From the IMG/VR virus record IMGVR_UViG_3300044210_000047, positions 1 to 37,368 of that record: a stretch of 37,368 nt of DNA; one strand, given 5' to 3'. Within the stretch, counting starts at the first letter, position 1; each line of letters opens with the position of its first letter. Origin of the DNA: a virus. Lineage: Duplodnaviria; Caudoviricetes. The position numbers and the translations under genes are program-made. Shown here piece after piece: positions 8,407 through 15,863 of this stretch. The notes beneath the pieces are model-generated. The model worked only from the letters and a program-made list of their open reading frames with translations. It searched no databases and was not told the DNA's origin.

Positions 8407-9443
8407 TACATTTTCTCCAGCTTTTCAATCAGGATCGGTAGGTGTTGAATGGCGACTTGCAATGTACGTAAAGTTTCGTTTTTCTTTTGATGGTATTTCT
8501 GGCTGAATCTCTCCCATTCATGATTTGCCACGTACACGTCCAATTGGGCGACTTGCGCGTGATTACCGATGATGCTGATTCCGCAAATCAGGTTATGCAG
8601 TTGCTCGAAAAATCCGATCCGCCGCAATTCATAATCTTCGCGCGCCGCCCGTTCGGCTTCTCGCATCGCCCGCACCTCATCCGCCAAGCGCGCCTCTTCC
8701 GCTTCCCGTGCGCGCCGTTCGCGCTCGGCGAGTTCCCGAGCGTCCTGTTCGGCTTTCAATCGGGCGGTTTCCCGGCGTTGTTCGCCCGCCGCAATCGCTT
8801 CCGGCAAGCCTAAGCGTTGATCGTCCACCAGCGCCGCCAGGTCGGAATACTCTTCGCGCAAGATCGCCAGCGCCGCGAGTTGCCGTTGCCGTTCCTCTTC
8901 CGCGAGACGCTGCTTTTCAACAATCGCCTGGGCCTCTTCATAGGCCACGGTCAGCGGGTATTTGGCATTGCGTAAGACCTCTTCCGCTTTGTCCCGACAG
9001 TGGCGTAGGACAAAACGGGCTTTGGAGATATGGCCTTCAGATGGGGCATCTTGATCTTTCTTCAGGAAAGAACTAGAGCCAGCCCGCTTTAACTTAGATG
9101 CCTCTGGATACGCCAGCGCAACAGCCATGGCCTGTTGGCCCTTGGTCAAATGGCGTCGGTGGACATTGGCGGATAGGACGTAAGCGGTCGGGTCGGTGGT
9201 CAGAATCCGCGCGGTCGGTTCGACGCCGGCCAGCCGACACGCCGCCAGCCGGTTGCGCCCGTCAATCAGCATCCATTCGCCACTCACTTGCGCAATGACG
9301 ATGGATTCTTGCAAGCCGTTTTCGCGAATGTCGTCCGCCAGTTCCGCCAATTCATCCTGGGCGATCATCGGAAACAGATTCGCCACGGAGAAGACGGGCA
9401 GGTTGAATACATCCAAATCAGGGATTACACTTTCATCAGTCAT
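8406..9443 (-). CDS. ParB/Srx N-terminal domain protein with coiled coil
   Basis: ANLFPM..ELAELADDIRENGL..LIDGRNRLAAC..SANVHRRHLTKGQ; AGGAGAGG RBS upstream. Confidence 0.85.
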   Translation of the reverse strand: MTDESVIPDLDVFNLPVFSVANLFPMIAQDELAELADDIRENGLQESIVIAQVSGEWMLIDGRNRLAACRLAGVEPTARILTTDPTAYVLSANVHRRHLTKGQQAMAVALAYPEASKLKRAGSSSFLKKDQDAPSEGHISKARFVLRHCRDKAEEVLRNAKYPLTVAYEEAQAIVEKQRLAEEERQRQLAALAILREEYSDLAALVDDQRLGLPEAIAAGEQRRETARLKAEQDARELAERERRAREAEEARLADEVRAMREAERAAREDYELRRIGFFEQLHNLICGISIIGNHAQVAQLDVYVANHEWERFSQKYHQKKNETLRTLQVAIQHLPILIEKLEKM

Positions 9444-9492
9444 TACGTTCCTCTCCTTGCGTGATGATCAGCCGGTGACTACCCGGCGCCAG

Positions 9493-9515
9493 AAACCGCC
9501 GCGAGGCGGTTTTTT
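9493..9515 (+). terminator. Intrinsic terminator-like hairpin in the ParB leader
   Basis: AAACCGCC-GCGA-GGCGGTTTTTT: perfect stem, GNRA loop, T-run on the + strand. Confidence 0.65.
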
Positions 9516-9644
9516 GTTGAACGCCGCCCACAACGCGCCGGTCTGGTTCCGTGGTGATGAGTTCGCGAAGGGGCGGCGAAAAGGGCGCTTCCCGACCCTC
9601 GCGGCGTGCGCCAGCAAGCCAAGGGGGAATGCGAGGGGGGAAGC

Positions 9645-9693
9645 ATGACGAGGTGCATACGGGAATGGTATAGTAGGCCTCTACCAAACTCAA
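9645..9693. promoter_or_regulatory. Overlapping divergent sigma70-like promoters
   Basis: Minus strand TTGAGT-17-TACCAT points toward parB; plus strand extended -10 TGGTATAGT points toward the RHH gene. Confidence 0.5.
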
Positions 9694-9703
9694 TGACTAT
9701 TGC

Positions 9704-9904
9704 ATGAAAACCGACCCGGTCGCCCACCGAAAATCGGTGATTAGCATGATCGTGCCAGCGGAGATCAAAGCCGTGCTCCAGCGCATGGCCGAACATCATC
9801 ACCGCAGCATGACGTCGTATGTCGAGTGGCTAATCCTGAGAGACGCCGAACTACACGATCTGCTCAGCGACGCTCAAAAAACCAGGCGACGCCCAGCACG
9901 CTGA
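9704..9904 (+). CDS. Arc/CopG-like ribbon-helix-helix regulator
   Basis: VISMIVPAEIKAVLQRMAEHHHRSMTSYVEWLI fits the RHH pattern (beta strand, helix, RS turn, helix). Confidence 0.8.
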   Translation: MKTDPVAHRKSVISMIVPAEIKAVLQRMAEHHHRSMTSYVEWLILRDAELHDLLSDAQKTRRRPAR

Positions 9905-10010
9905 TGCTGATCCAGCGGGGAGCCGCGTCGAACTCGACGGGGCGCAGCAGGTAACGCCGCCAGCAGTGCGGGGCTTCCACCCAGCCGTTCAACACGCCGA
10001 TGAGCTTCAT
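9864..10010 (-). CDS. Small hypothetical protein
   Basis: MKLIGVLNGW..., ATGA overlap with the upstream gene. Its 3' end overlaps the RHH gene convergently. Confidence 0.4.
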   Translation of the reverse strand: MKLIGVLNGWVEAPHCWRRYLLRPVEFDAAPRWISISVLGVAWFFERR

Positions 10011-10345
10011 GCGGCGTCTCCCGGAGCTGGGGCGGCCAAATTCGCCGCGTGGGGCGTTCCGCCGCTGGGGTGACCACCGATGCCTACCCTGCCCCGCGAA
10101 TCGCTCACCGCGCGATTTTTGCCGGCTCCCGGGCCATCCGCGCCGCACAGCGAGCGATAGACGCCGGCCAGCGTGGCGATGAACTCGGGCGCGTAGTGCT
10201 GTGACCGGATGAGCGCATCGACCAGGCGCGTCTCCCACACCCAGGTCGCCGGGTCCCAAAAGTTCACCCTGGCCGCGACCCGCATGGCCGCCTGAAGGTC
10301 GGGATGAAACGCGGCGAATATCTCGCGGGCGGTTTCGGTGTTCAT
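10007..10345 (-). CDS. Hypothetical protein
   Basis: Start MNTETARE after a purine-rich RBS (AGAGAGAG). Confidence 0.65.
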   Translation of the reverse strand: MNTETAREIFAAFHPDLQAAMRVAARVNFWDPATWVWETRLVDALIRSQHYAPEFIATLAGVYRSLCGADGPGAGKNRAVSDSRGRVGIGGHPSGGTPHAANLAAPAPGDAA

Positions 10346-10364
10346 GTTTTCTCTCTCTGCTTCA

Positions 10365-10628
10365 TGCACAACATTGAACGACCTTGCACAACCTCAGCAG
10401 AGGTTGTGCATGTTTTTTTTCTTTATAATTCATATTCATGCACAACCATGCACAACCTTTTAGTAATTTTATATCGCACATACATATGCGCGCGCATATA
10501 TGCGCGCGCGCGTGAGGAGGTTGTGCAGGTTGTGCATGTGATTGATGCGACTGATGAAGTCGCACAAAAGGTTGTGCATGAGGTTGTGCATGAGGTTGTG
10601 CATGTTGTTGATTCATAATGCACAACCT
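10365..10628. repeat. Iteron cluster, putative replication origin
   Basis: 11 copies of TGCACAAC(CT) in both orientations, AT-rich patches and a central palindrome, immediately downstream of the VapE helicase gene. Confidence 0.8.
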
Positions 10629-11890
10629 TTCCGCACATAATAGCGTTTGCGGTCGCTGGCCGTGGTGGCCTGCTTTGAAATCCAGCCCAACCGCCGCAGT
10701 ATAGCCCCCACGCGGGTCTGAGCGGAACGGTCATGTCGTTCCAGCTTCAATCCGAGCGCGTGTTCCAGGATTTCGCTGATCAGCACGCGCGGCTTACCCT
10801 TCAGCCACGGCTCAATGTAATCTTCCCATGAATCGGACTGGTATCGAGCTTCCTGTTCCAGAACCGAATCGGGGATGTCCCACCAAATTTCGCCGGCTTG
10901 ATAGCGATACAGGCCCTCGGCCCAGAGTTGATCGCGAATGGCCGCGACCGCTTCAGAGTCGATTTCCGAGCAAGTGATCGGGAGATAGCGGCGCGCGCCG
11001 GTGTCATCGGCCAAATAATCGCACTTGTTGGTATTGCCAATGAAAACAAATTGACGGGGATAGGTGCGGGAGTAGTGCCCGTAGGATTGACGGTAGGTAT
11101 CGCTGGTTTGAGTGAGCGCCTGCTTCACCCGGTTTTGATCGGCTCGTCCCATGGCGGACAGTTCGGAGAATTCACCCACCCATTTGCCGCGCAAGTTTTG
11201 ATAAAAATCTAGGCTGCCGGGCTCTTCCGTAATGTCACAGTGCCAGCGCGCGCCGAATAAGGCTTGGACCAGTTTCGATTTCCCGATGCCTTGCGCGCCT
11301 TCCAGCACGATCATGGTATCGACTTTACTACCCGGAGTGAGCACGCGCGCGACGGCGCTGACGAACAGAGACCGGGAGACGGCGCTACTGTAGGGCGTCA
11401 GGGGCGCTTCACAGAAATCCGTGAAAAAACGGGGTAAGCGTTCCAGCCCATCCCAGACGAGGCTGAAGAGCCATTCCCGAATGGGATGAAACGCATGCCG
11501 TTGCGCCACGGTTTCCACGGCTTCCCGCACCACCCCGGTCTTGACTTCGCTTTCGATCCAATGCCGCTCAAACCACGCTTTCAACTCGATCAAATCCGCA
11601 TCGGTCCATTCCCGGTCGCGATCCATGATGCCGTGACAGAACTCGTCGAATCGCAACCGGCCTTTCCAGGCGGCGTCATGTTCCAAAATCAACATGAGAT
11701 TATGCGCCCGACAGGGATAAATCCTTTTCCCCTGCGAGATCCTGAAAATCAGTTGGTCCTTCCAAGCCGCTTCAGGATCAATCCCACACGATTCAGGGGT
11801 GATGTCCTCGTCGCGAGGGCCTTGGGTGACGAGCCTTAGTTTGGAGCGCAATCGGGCCGCTTCCACGTCTAACGGGTTCTCATCCGACAT
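10613..11890 (-). CDS. VapE/VirE-family P-loop helicase
   Basis: FHPIREWL..WDG..RL, PGSKVD, Walker A GAQGIGKS, EFSEL, GNTN, DDTGARRY, RDQLWAE. Confidence 0.92.
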   Translation of the reverse strand: MSDENPLDVEAARLRSKLRLVTQGPRDEDITPESCGIDPEAAWKDQLIFRISQGKRIYPCRAHNLMLILEHDAAWKGRLRFDEFCHGIMDRDREWTDADLIELKAWFERHWIESEVKTGVVREAVETVAQRHAFHPIREWLFSLVWDGLERLPRFFTDFCEAPLTPYSSAVSRSLFVSAVARVLTPGSKVDTMIVLEGAQGIGKSKLVQALFGARWHCDITEEPGSLDFYQNLRGKWVGEFSELSAMGRADQNRVKQALTQTSDTYRQSYGHYSRTYPRQFVFIGNTNKCDYLADDTGARRYLPITCSEIDSEAVAAIRDQLWAEGLYRYQAGEIWWDIPDSVLEQEARYQSDSWEDYIEPWLKGKPRVLISEILEHALGLKLERHDRSAQTRVGAILRRLGWISKQATTASDRKRYYVRKGCAL

Positions 11891-12311
11891 AGCGCGCCGC
11901 ATACGCCATTGCTCCCGTGATGCGATCCGAGGCCAGTCCCAGCCGATCCAGGTCTTTGTCGCTCAAATAGCCCCGCCGCTGAATCTCGCCGGCGGCGCAC
12001 GTCACGACCAGAATTTCCTGCTCCAGCGCCGCGAGCACATCCGCCGCGTGGAACCGCCGTCGCTCGGCGGGGAGAAAAGTCTCGGTCGCGGGGCGCGGGG
12101 GGAATAGATCTGAAAATTCCAGCCCGACCGCGGCGAGAATCTCGCCGATGTCGCAACCCGTAAAACAGTGAACGAGCACGCGCCCGTCGGGCAGCTCCCG
12201 GATGTTCAGCGACGGGTGCCGATCCTCATGCGCGGGACAGCAGGCCAGCCAACGGTCTGGCGCGGTCTGGCGAACCCGATCTAGTCGGGTGAGTAGCGTT
12301 TCAGCGGTCAT
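11880..12311 (-). CDS. Primase-type zinc-finger protein (no catalytic domain evident)
   Basis: WLACCPAHEDRHPSL..VLVHCFTGC..GLEFSDLF. Start MTAETLL with GGAG upstream. Confidence 0.85.
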   Translation of the reverse strand: MTAETLLTRLDRVRQTAPDRWLACCPAHEDRHPSLNIRELPDGRVLVHCFTGCDIGEILAAVGLEFSDLFPPRPATETFLPAERRRFHAADVLAALEQEILVVTCAAGEIQRRGYLSDKDLDRLGLASDRITGAMAYAARYVG

Positions 12312-12453
12312 TCGACTCTCCTCGGGAGGCCGCCTGTTTTGCGAGCAAACCCAGCGCCCGATGCATGGCGTGACAAAATTCATCGAATTTCGCGTGGGGG
12401 TTCGCCTTCATCCAGGCCCATAGGGCGATGAAAAATAGATTCGTGCCGTCCAT
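12301..12453 (-). CDS. Small hypothetical protein
   Basis: MDGTNLFF...; coupled to its neighbours. Confidence 0.5.
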   Translation of the reverse strand: MDGTNLFFIALWAWMKANPHAKFDEFCHAMHRALGLLAKQAASRGESNDR

Positions 12454-12602
12454 CAGCAAATCCTCAGCCGCCGCAGGTGATCGCGATGCTGCAACACCCG
12501 GCATTGCCGGCGCATCCGGGCAGGGTCATGGGACGCGGGGCGTTCCAAGAGCATCTGTCGAATCAGCTCCCGCCATTCGGATTTCGTGGGGGAGAGTTTC
12601 AT
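12453..12602 (-). CDS. Small hypothetical protein
   Basis: MKLSPTKSEW...; ATGA overlap with the upstream gene. Confidence 0.5.
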   Translation of the reverse strand: MKLSPTKSEWRELIRQMLLERPASHDPARMRRQCRVLQHRDHLRRLRIC

Positions 12603-12832
12603 GCGGCGTCCTTCGGGTCGGGGGGTGGAAAGGGCAGGGGCGGTTCGGGGAGGTCCGTCCAGTAGAGGGGTGGGGCGCGCTGTTCGCCCACGGTATAGCC
12701 GGGCGCGTGCCATCGATCCCCAAATCGGCGCACCACCGTGGCGAGGCAGAGGGGCGTCCACCAGCCCAACACCGTCCGCCCGACCAGCGGCGCGACCGCG
12801 GCGGTTTCATGCCAGAGGACGCGGGTCTTCAT
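12599..12832 (-). CDS. Small protein with DUF551-like C-terminal motif
   Basis: YWTDLPEPP resembles the W-x-x-LPEPP ending of DUF551-type phage proteins; ATGA overlap with the Cro-like gene. Confidence 0.55.
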   Translation of the reverse strand: MKTRVLWHETAAVAPLVGRTVLGWWTPLCLATVVRRFGDRWHAPGYTVGEQRAPPLYWTDLPEPPLPFPPPDPKDAA

Positions 12833-13032
12833 GCCCCGCGATCCTCGGGGGGCGCATAAATCCCGGAGTAATCCACTTTTCCTCGCGCGGCGCGCACGAT
12901 CTTCGCAGCTTGCGCGGGTCTGGGGAGCCGTTCTCCCCGGCGCCAGGCCGCGACCGTGCGGACGGGCACATCCAGAAGTTCGGAAGCCCGCCCATCCCCA
13001 ATCTCTTCGATAAATTCTTTGAGGGTCATCAT
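12829..13032 (-). CDS. Cro-like XRE helix-turn-helix regulator
   Basis: TLKEFIEEIGDGRASELLDVPVRTVAAWRRGERLP; first gene of the leftward operon. Confidence 0.85.
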   Translation of the reverse strand: MMTLKEFIEEIGDGRASELLDVPVRTVAAWRRGERLPRPAQAAKIVRAARGKVDYSGIYAPPEDRGA

Positions 13033-13038
13033 GGGATG

Positions 13039-13067
13039 ATTTTATACACAAAGCGTGTTGACTGCAA
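13039..13067 (-). promoter_or_regulatory. Leftward promoter
   Basis: TTGCAG-17-TAAAAT, ending 6 nt before the Cro-like ATG. Confidence 0.7.
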
Positions 13068-13122
13068 CAGGCATCCGTGAATTTACACATTTAGTGATTG
13101 ACAGCAATACACGACTTGTGTA
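13045..13122. promoter_or_regulatory. Three operator-like palindromes TACAC-N5-GTG(TA)
   Basis: 13045-13059 TACACaaagcGTGTT, 13084-13098 TACACatttaGTGAT, 13108-13122 TACACgacttGTGTA. Confidence 0.75.
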
Positions 13123-13126
13123 CTAT
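13098..13126 (+). promoter_or_regulatory. Rightward early promoter
   Basis: TTGACA-17-TACTAT, near consensus. Confidence 0.85.
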
Positions 13127-13279
13127 CCTCATCAATCCCCCCCCCATCCTACGGCGAACGTCGCAGCCCAGGGCCAGCGGAGAGGGGGGGGTTAGGCGGC
13201 CACGGACGGAGCCGACGAGATTCTTCCCTTTTTGGTGGTTCCCGCTGGGAACGCGTAAACGCTTAAAACCACACGAGAG

Positions 13280-13660
13280 ATGACGATGAATACAGACACT
13301 CTGTATGCAGCAGGCCCGGCCATCGGCCACGACTGGTCTTACGAGCGCATGGCCGCTCGAGACGCCGCGCGCGAGGCGCTGGTGGACGAACAGAAAGCGG
13401 AACTGGAGTCCGTGTCGTGGCCGGACAGCTCGGCTCTCATGGCCCATGCCATGGAACGCCTGGCGGATCTACCCCAGAGGCAGGAGCGGTTGAACCGGTG
13501 GCTCCTCCTGGCCTGGCAGCACCGGGATCGGGGCACGAGTGCCGACCGGTCCCACCCGACGCGACGCGCGACGCGTGACTACGCGATGGATCAGGCCTAC
13601 GCCCTCATGACCGAGGCGCTGTATGACGTCATTGAATCCGAATTTCCACGCGGCAAATAA
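13280..13660 (+). CDS. Hypothetical early protein
   Basis: First ORF after the rightward promoter and leader. Confidence 0.7.
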   Translation: MTMNTDTLYAAGPAIGHDWSYERMAARDAAREALVDEQKAELESVSWPDSSALMAHAMERLADLPQRQERLNRWLLLAWQHRDRGTSADRSHPTRRATRDYAMDQAYALMTEALYDVIESEFPRGK

Positions 13661-13694
13661 CCGAGGCGTCCGGCCACAAAGCCGGGCGACACCC

Positions 13695-13994
13695 ATGCAA
13701 AAACGCTATCCCCCCATTCGGCCCCCACGGGTCATTCGTGTGACGGACCGCCATGGCGATACCCTCCTAGAGCCTAGTCAGCCTAGTCAGCCTAGTCAGC
13801 CTAGTCAGCGTGTTCATTCGACGGTCCGCGAAGATTTGCAGGCTCTCAAACGGCGTCCGTGGGACGCGCCGATGGCCGAGCCGTTACGACCCCAGACGCG
13901 CTATGCCGCCTACGGGGATCCGTGGTTATTGGCAGTCACTGGGGTTCTGGTAGTCGTATTGTTCATCATCGCCATGGGAGTGATCTTTCTATGA
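13695..13994 (+). CDS. Hypothetical protein with C-terminal membrane anchor
   Basis: Start MQKRYPP; hydrophobic C-terminus; internal SQP repeats. Confidence 0.6.
   Translation: MQKRYPPIRPPRVIRVTDRHGDTLLEPSQPSQPSQPSQRVHSTVREDLQALKRRPWDAPMAEPLRPQTRYAAYGDPWLLAVTGVLVVVLFIIAMGVIFL
13771..13809 (+). repeat. 9-bp tandem repeat AGCCTAGTC x4.3
   Basis: Perfect in-frame copies at 13771, 13780, 13789, 13798. Confidence 0.95.
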
Positions 13995-14212
13995 CGCCCT
14001 ATGCCAGCTGCATCACCGGCCCGACGCTAGTTCTACGCGCGGTCTTCAATCCCGCCGATGGCGCGTACCCGCCTGGCTCGGGTCATAATCTCCACGCGGG
14101 CGAGAGTTGTCAGATCCGCCGGACGGATCGAGCCTATGTGATGGCGAAATTCAACGATGGCGCATGGTTGTTGGTAAGACCGGTGGATTTGGAGGTATGT
14201 GATGACGACTGA
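13991..14212 (+). CDS. Small beta-rich hypothetical protein
   Basis: Start MTPYAS in an ATGA overlap. Confidence 0.55.
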   Translation: MTPYASCITGPTLVLRAVFNPADGAYPPGSGHNLHAGESCQIRRTDRAYVMAKFNDGAWLLVRPVDLEVCDDD

Positions 14213-14720
14213 AATTATGCTAGAGGAAGTGGGACTGGAAGACGGCCAGATTCTGGCGGATTCGGTGCGCCAGTGGCGCGCGGACTGTCAGGCCGGACAA
14301 TTCAAGATCGGCGCGACGACGTTTCGCGGTGCCAAGTTGGAACTGGAACTGATTGGCGCGCAAATCAGCGAAGGGGAGTATTTCGGCTATCCCCGACAGA
14401 AATGGCTCGCCCTGCTGTTTGTCGATCCCGATGGCGTGCTCTCTTCGATCCTGCTCAAAACCGAGAGCTTGGACAACTTCGAGGAAATGCGCCGGGGCTA
14501 TCGCGTCAAGGGGGAAACCCTGCTGGGTAAAACCATTCGCGCCGTGATGGCGAAGCGCGCCAGCAAGGTGAGCGGCAATAGCTATTTCGCGGTCGAGTTT
14601 GAAGTGGCGAACGCCGGCAAGTTTGCCGAGGCGATTGCGCAATTCCGCCAGCAACATTACAGCCCGGCGCTCTTCCGCGCGATGACCGCGACGCCCGCGT
14701 TGGGAAATGACGTCCACTAG
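14202..14720 (+). CDS. Hypothetical protein (possible ssDNA-binding fold)
   Basis: GGAGG RBS; beta-rich with aromatic residues (YFGYP, SYFAVEFE). Function is a guess. Confidence 0.65.
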   Translation: MTTEIMLEEVGLEDGQILADSVRQWRADCQAGQFKIGATTFRGAKLELELIGAQISEGEYFGYPRQKWLALLFVDPDGVLSSILLKTESLDNFEEMRRGYRVKGETLLGKTIRAVMAKRASKVSGNSYFAVEFEVANAGKFAEAIAQFRQQHYSPALFRAMTATPALGNDVH

Positions 14721-14769
14721 ATTTATTGATTGCCAGGGATGGCGTTCGCCCTACATAGGAGAGAAAAAC

Positions 14770-15399
14770 ATGGTTAAATCATCCGCTCCCCCCGAAATGA
14801 TTACGATTTCGCCGCCCCGGTTTGAAACCATCCAGTTCCACCTGGAGGGCACCGCGCCGCTGGTGATTTGCAAGTTCAGCCACAAGGCTTTATTGCAGAT
14901 GAAAGAGAAACAAGAGGCGGGGTCGCAGGCCAAGAAAGGCAAGGAACGGGCCGGAAAAAACTTCACGGAGATGTACCACGGCGCCCGCCACATCAGCACC
15001 GATGGGTGGGATGGCATTCACGCCGCCGCGTTTCGGGCGGCCATGATTAGCGCGTGCCGGATCGTCGGGTTCAAAATGACACTAGCGAAATTGGGCGTGT
15101 TTGTGGAGGCCGATGGCTTGGATGCCACCGAGGGGACGCCGCTGGTGCGCATCCTCGGAGAACCGACCCGGCATGAAATCATCGGTCGAAATGCCGACCG
15201 GGGCGCGGATATTCGCGTTCGCCCCATGTACTGGCCGTGGGCGGCGGACCTGCGGGTCCAGTTCGATGCCAGCATGTTCAGCGCGGAGGATGTCGCAAAT
15301 CTGATCGCCAGGGTCGGCGTGCAGGTCGGCGTCGGCGAAGGCCGCCCGGACTCGAAGTCTAGCGGCGGGTGCGGCTGGGGCTGCTTCAGGATCGAATGA
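14770..15399 (+). CDS. Standalone Cas7/RAMP-like RNA-binding protein
   Basis: RAMP-order motifs: first strand IQFHLEGTAPLVI, helix GIHAAAFRAAMISAC (cf. IPGSSLKGALR), DIRVRPMY strand, and C-terminal glycine-rich loop GVGEGRPDSKSSGGCGWGCFRI. AGGAGAG RBS. Confidence 0.75.
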   Translation: MVKSSAPPEMITISPPRFETIQFHLEGTAPLVICKFSHKALLQMKEKQEAGSQAKKGKERAGKNFTEMYHGARHISTDGWDGIHAAAFRAAMISACRIVGFKMTLAKLGVFVEADGLDATEGTPLVRILGEPTRHEIIGRNADRGADIRVRPMYWPWAADLRVQFDASMFSAEDVANLIARVGVQVGVGEGRPDSKSSGGCGWGCFRIE

Positions 15400-15410
15400 A
15401 GGCCATGAGC

Positions 15411-15810
15411 AGCGCGCCGCTTCGCATCGCCCCGCAGGCAACGCTACGCAGCGCGCCGCCCCGCCACGCTTCGCACCGCCACGCACCGCAGGCGTCGCTA
15501 CGCTCCGCTACGCTACGCACCGCCCCGCGCCGCTACGCCCCGCACCGCAGGCCCCGCTTCGCACCGCAACGCAGGCAACGCGCCGCCCCGCCACGCGCCG
15601 CGCCGCCGCGCCGCGCACCGCACCGCAGGCGCCGCCCCGCCTCGCCGCGCCGCGCGCCGCCGCGCACCGCTTCGCAGGCGTCGCTCCGCACCGCACCGCA
15701 CCGCACCGCAACGCAGGCAACGCAGGCAACGCGGCGCGTCGCTCCGCACCGCTACGCACCGCAGGCAACGCAACGCAACGCCCCGCGACGCAACGCCGCG
15801 CCCCGCAGGC
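15411..15810 (+). repeat. NN-CGC pentamer array with CGC-AGGC delimiters; candidate guide-RNA array
   Basis: 72 NN-CGC units with no substitution in CGC; AGGC delimiters at 15436, 15490, 15549, 15573, 15627, 15676, 15715, 15724, 15763, 15807. Confidence 0.9.
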
Positions 15811-15833
15811 ATCGTATTTTTTCCCACACCACC

Positions 15834-15850
15834 GCCCGGCTTAGCCGGGC
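15834..15850 (+). other. Hairpin closing the array
   Basis: GCCCGGC-TTA-GCCGGGC between the array and the next RBS (GAGGA). Confidence 0.7.
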
Positions 15851-15863
15851 TAGAGGACTCCCG

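Noticed and set aside
9493-9515. Self-target of the last array unit (aa aa aa cc)
   Set aside because: Only a short low-complexity match; the remaining dinucleotides do not fit. A full self-target search could not be done by eye.
15411-15810. Canonical CRISPR array or simple microsatellite
   Set aside because: There are no 23-50 bp repeats with unique spacers, and variation is confined to two of every five positions, unlike ordinary microsatellite decay.
15369-15863. N-terminal 165 aa of the 334-aa ORF 15369-16373, and antisense ORFs over the array
   Set aside because: The Arg/Pro/Ala-rich translation is a by-product of a 5-nt periodic repeat that rarely yields stops. There is no good start, and a clear RBS and ATG exist at 15864.
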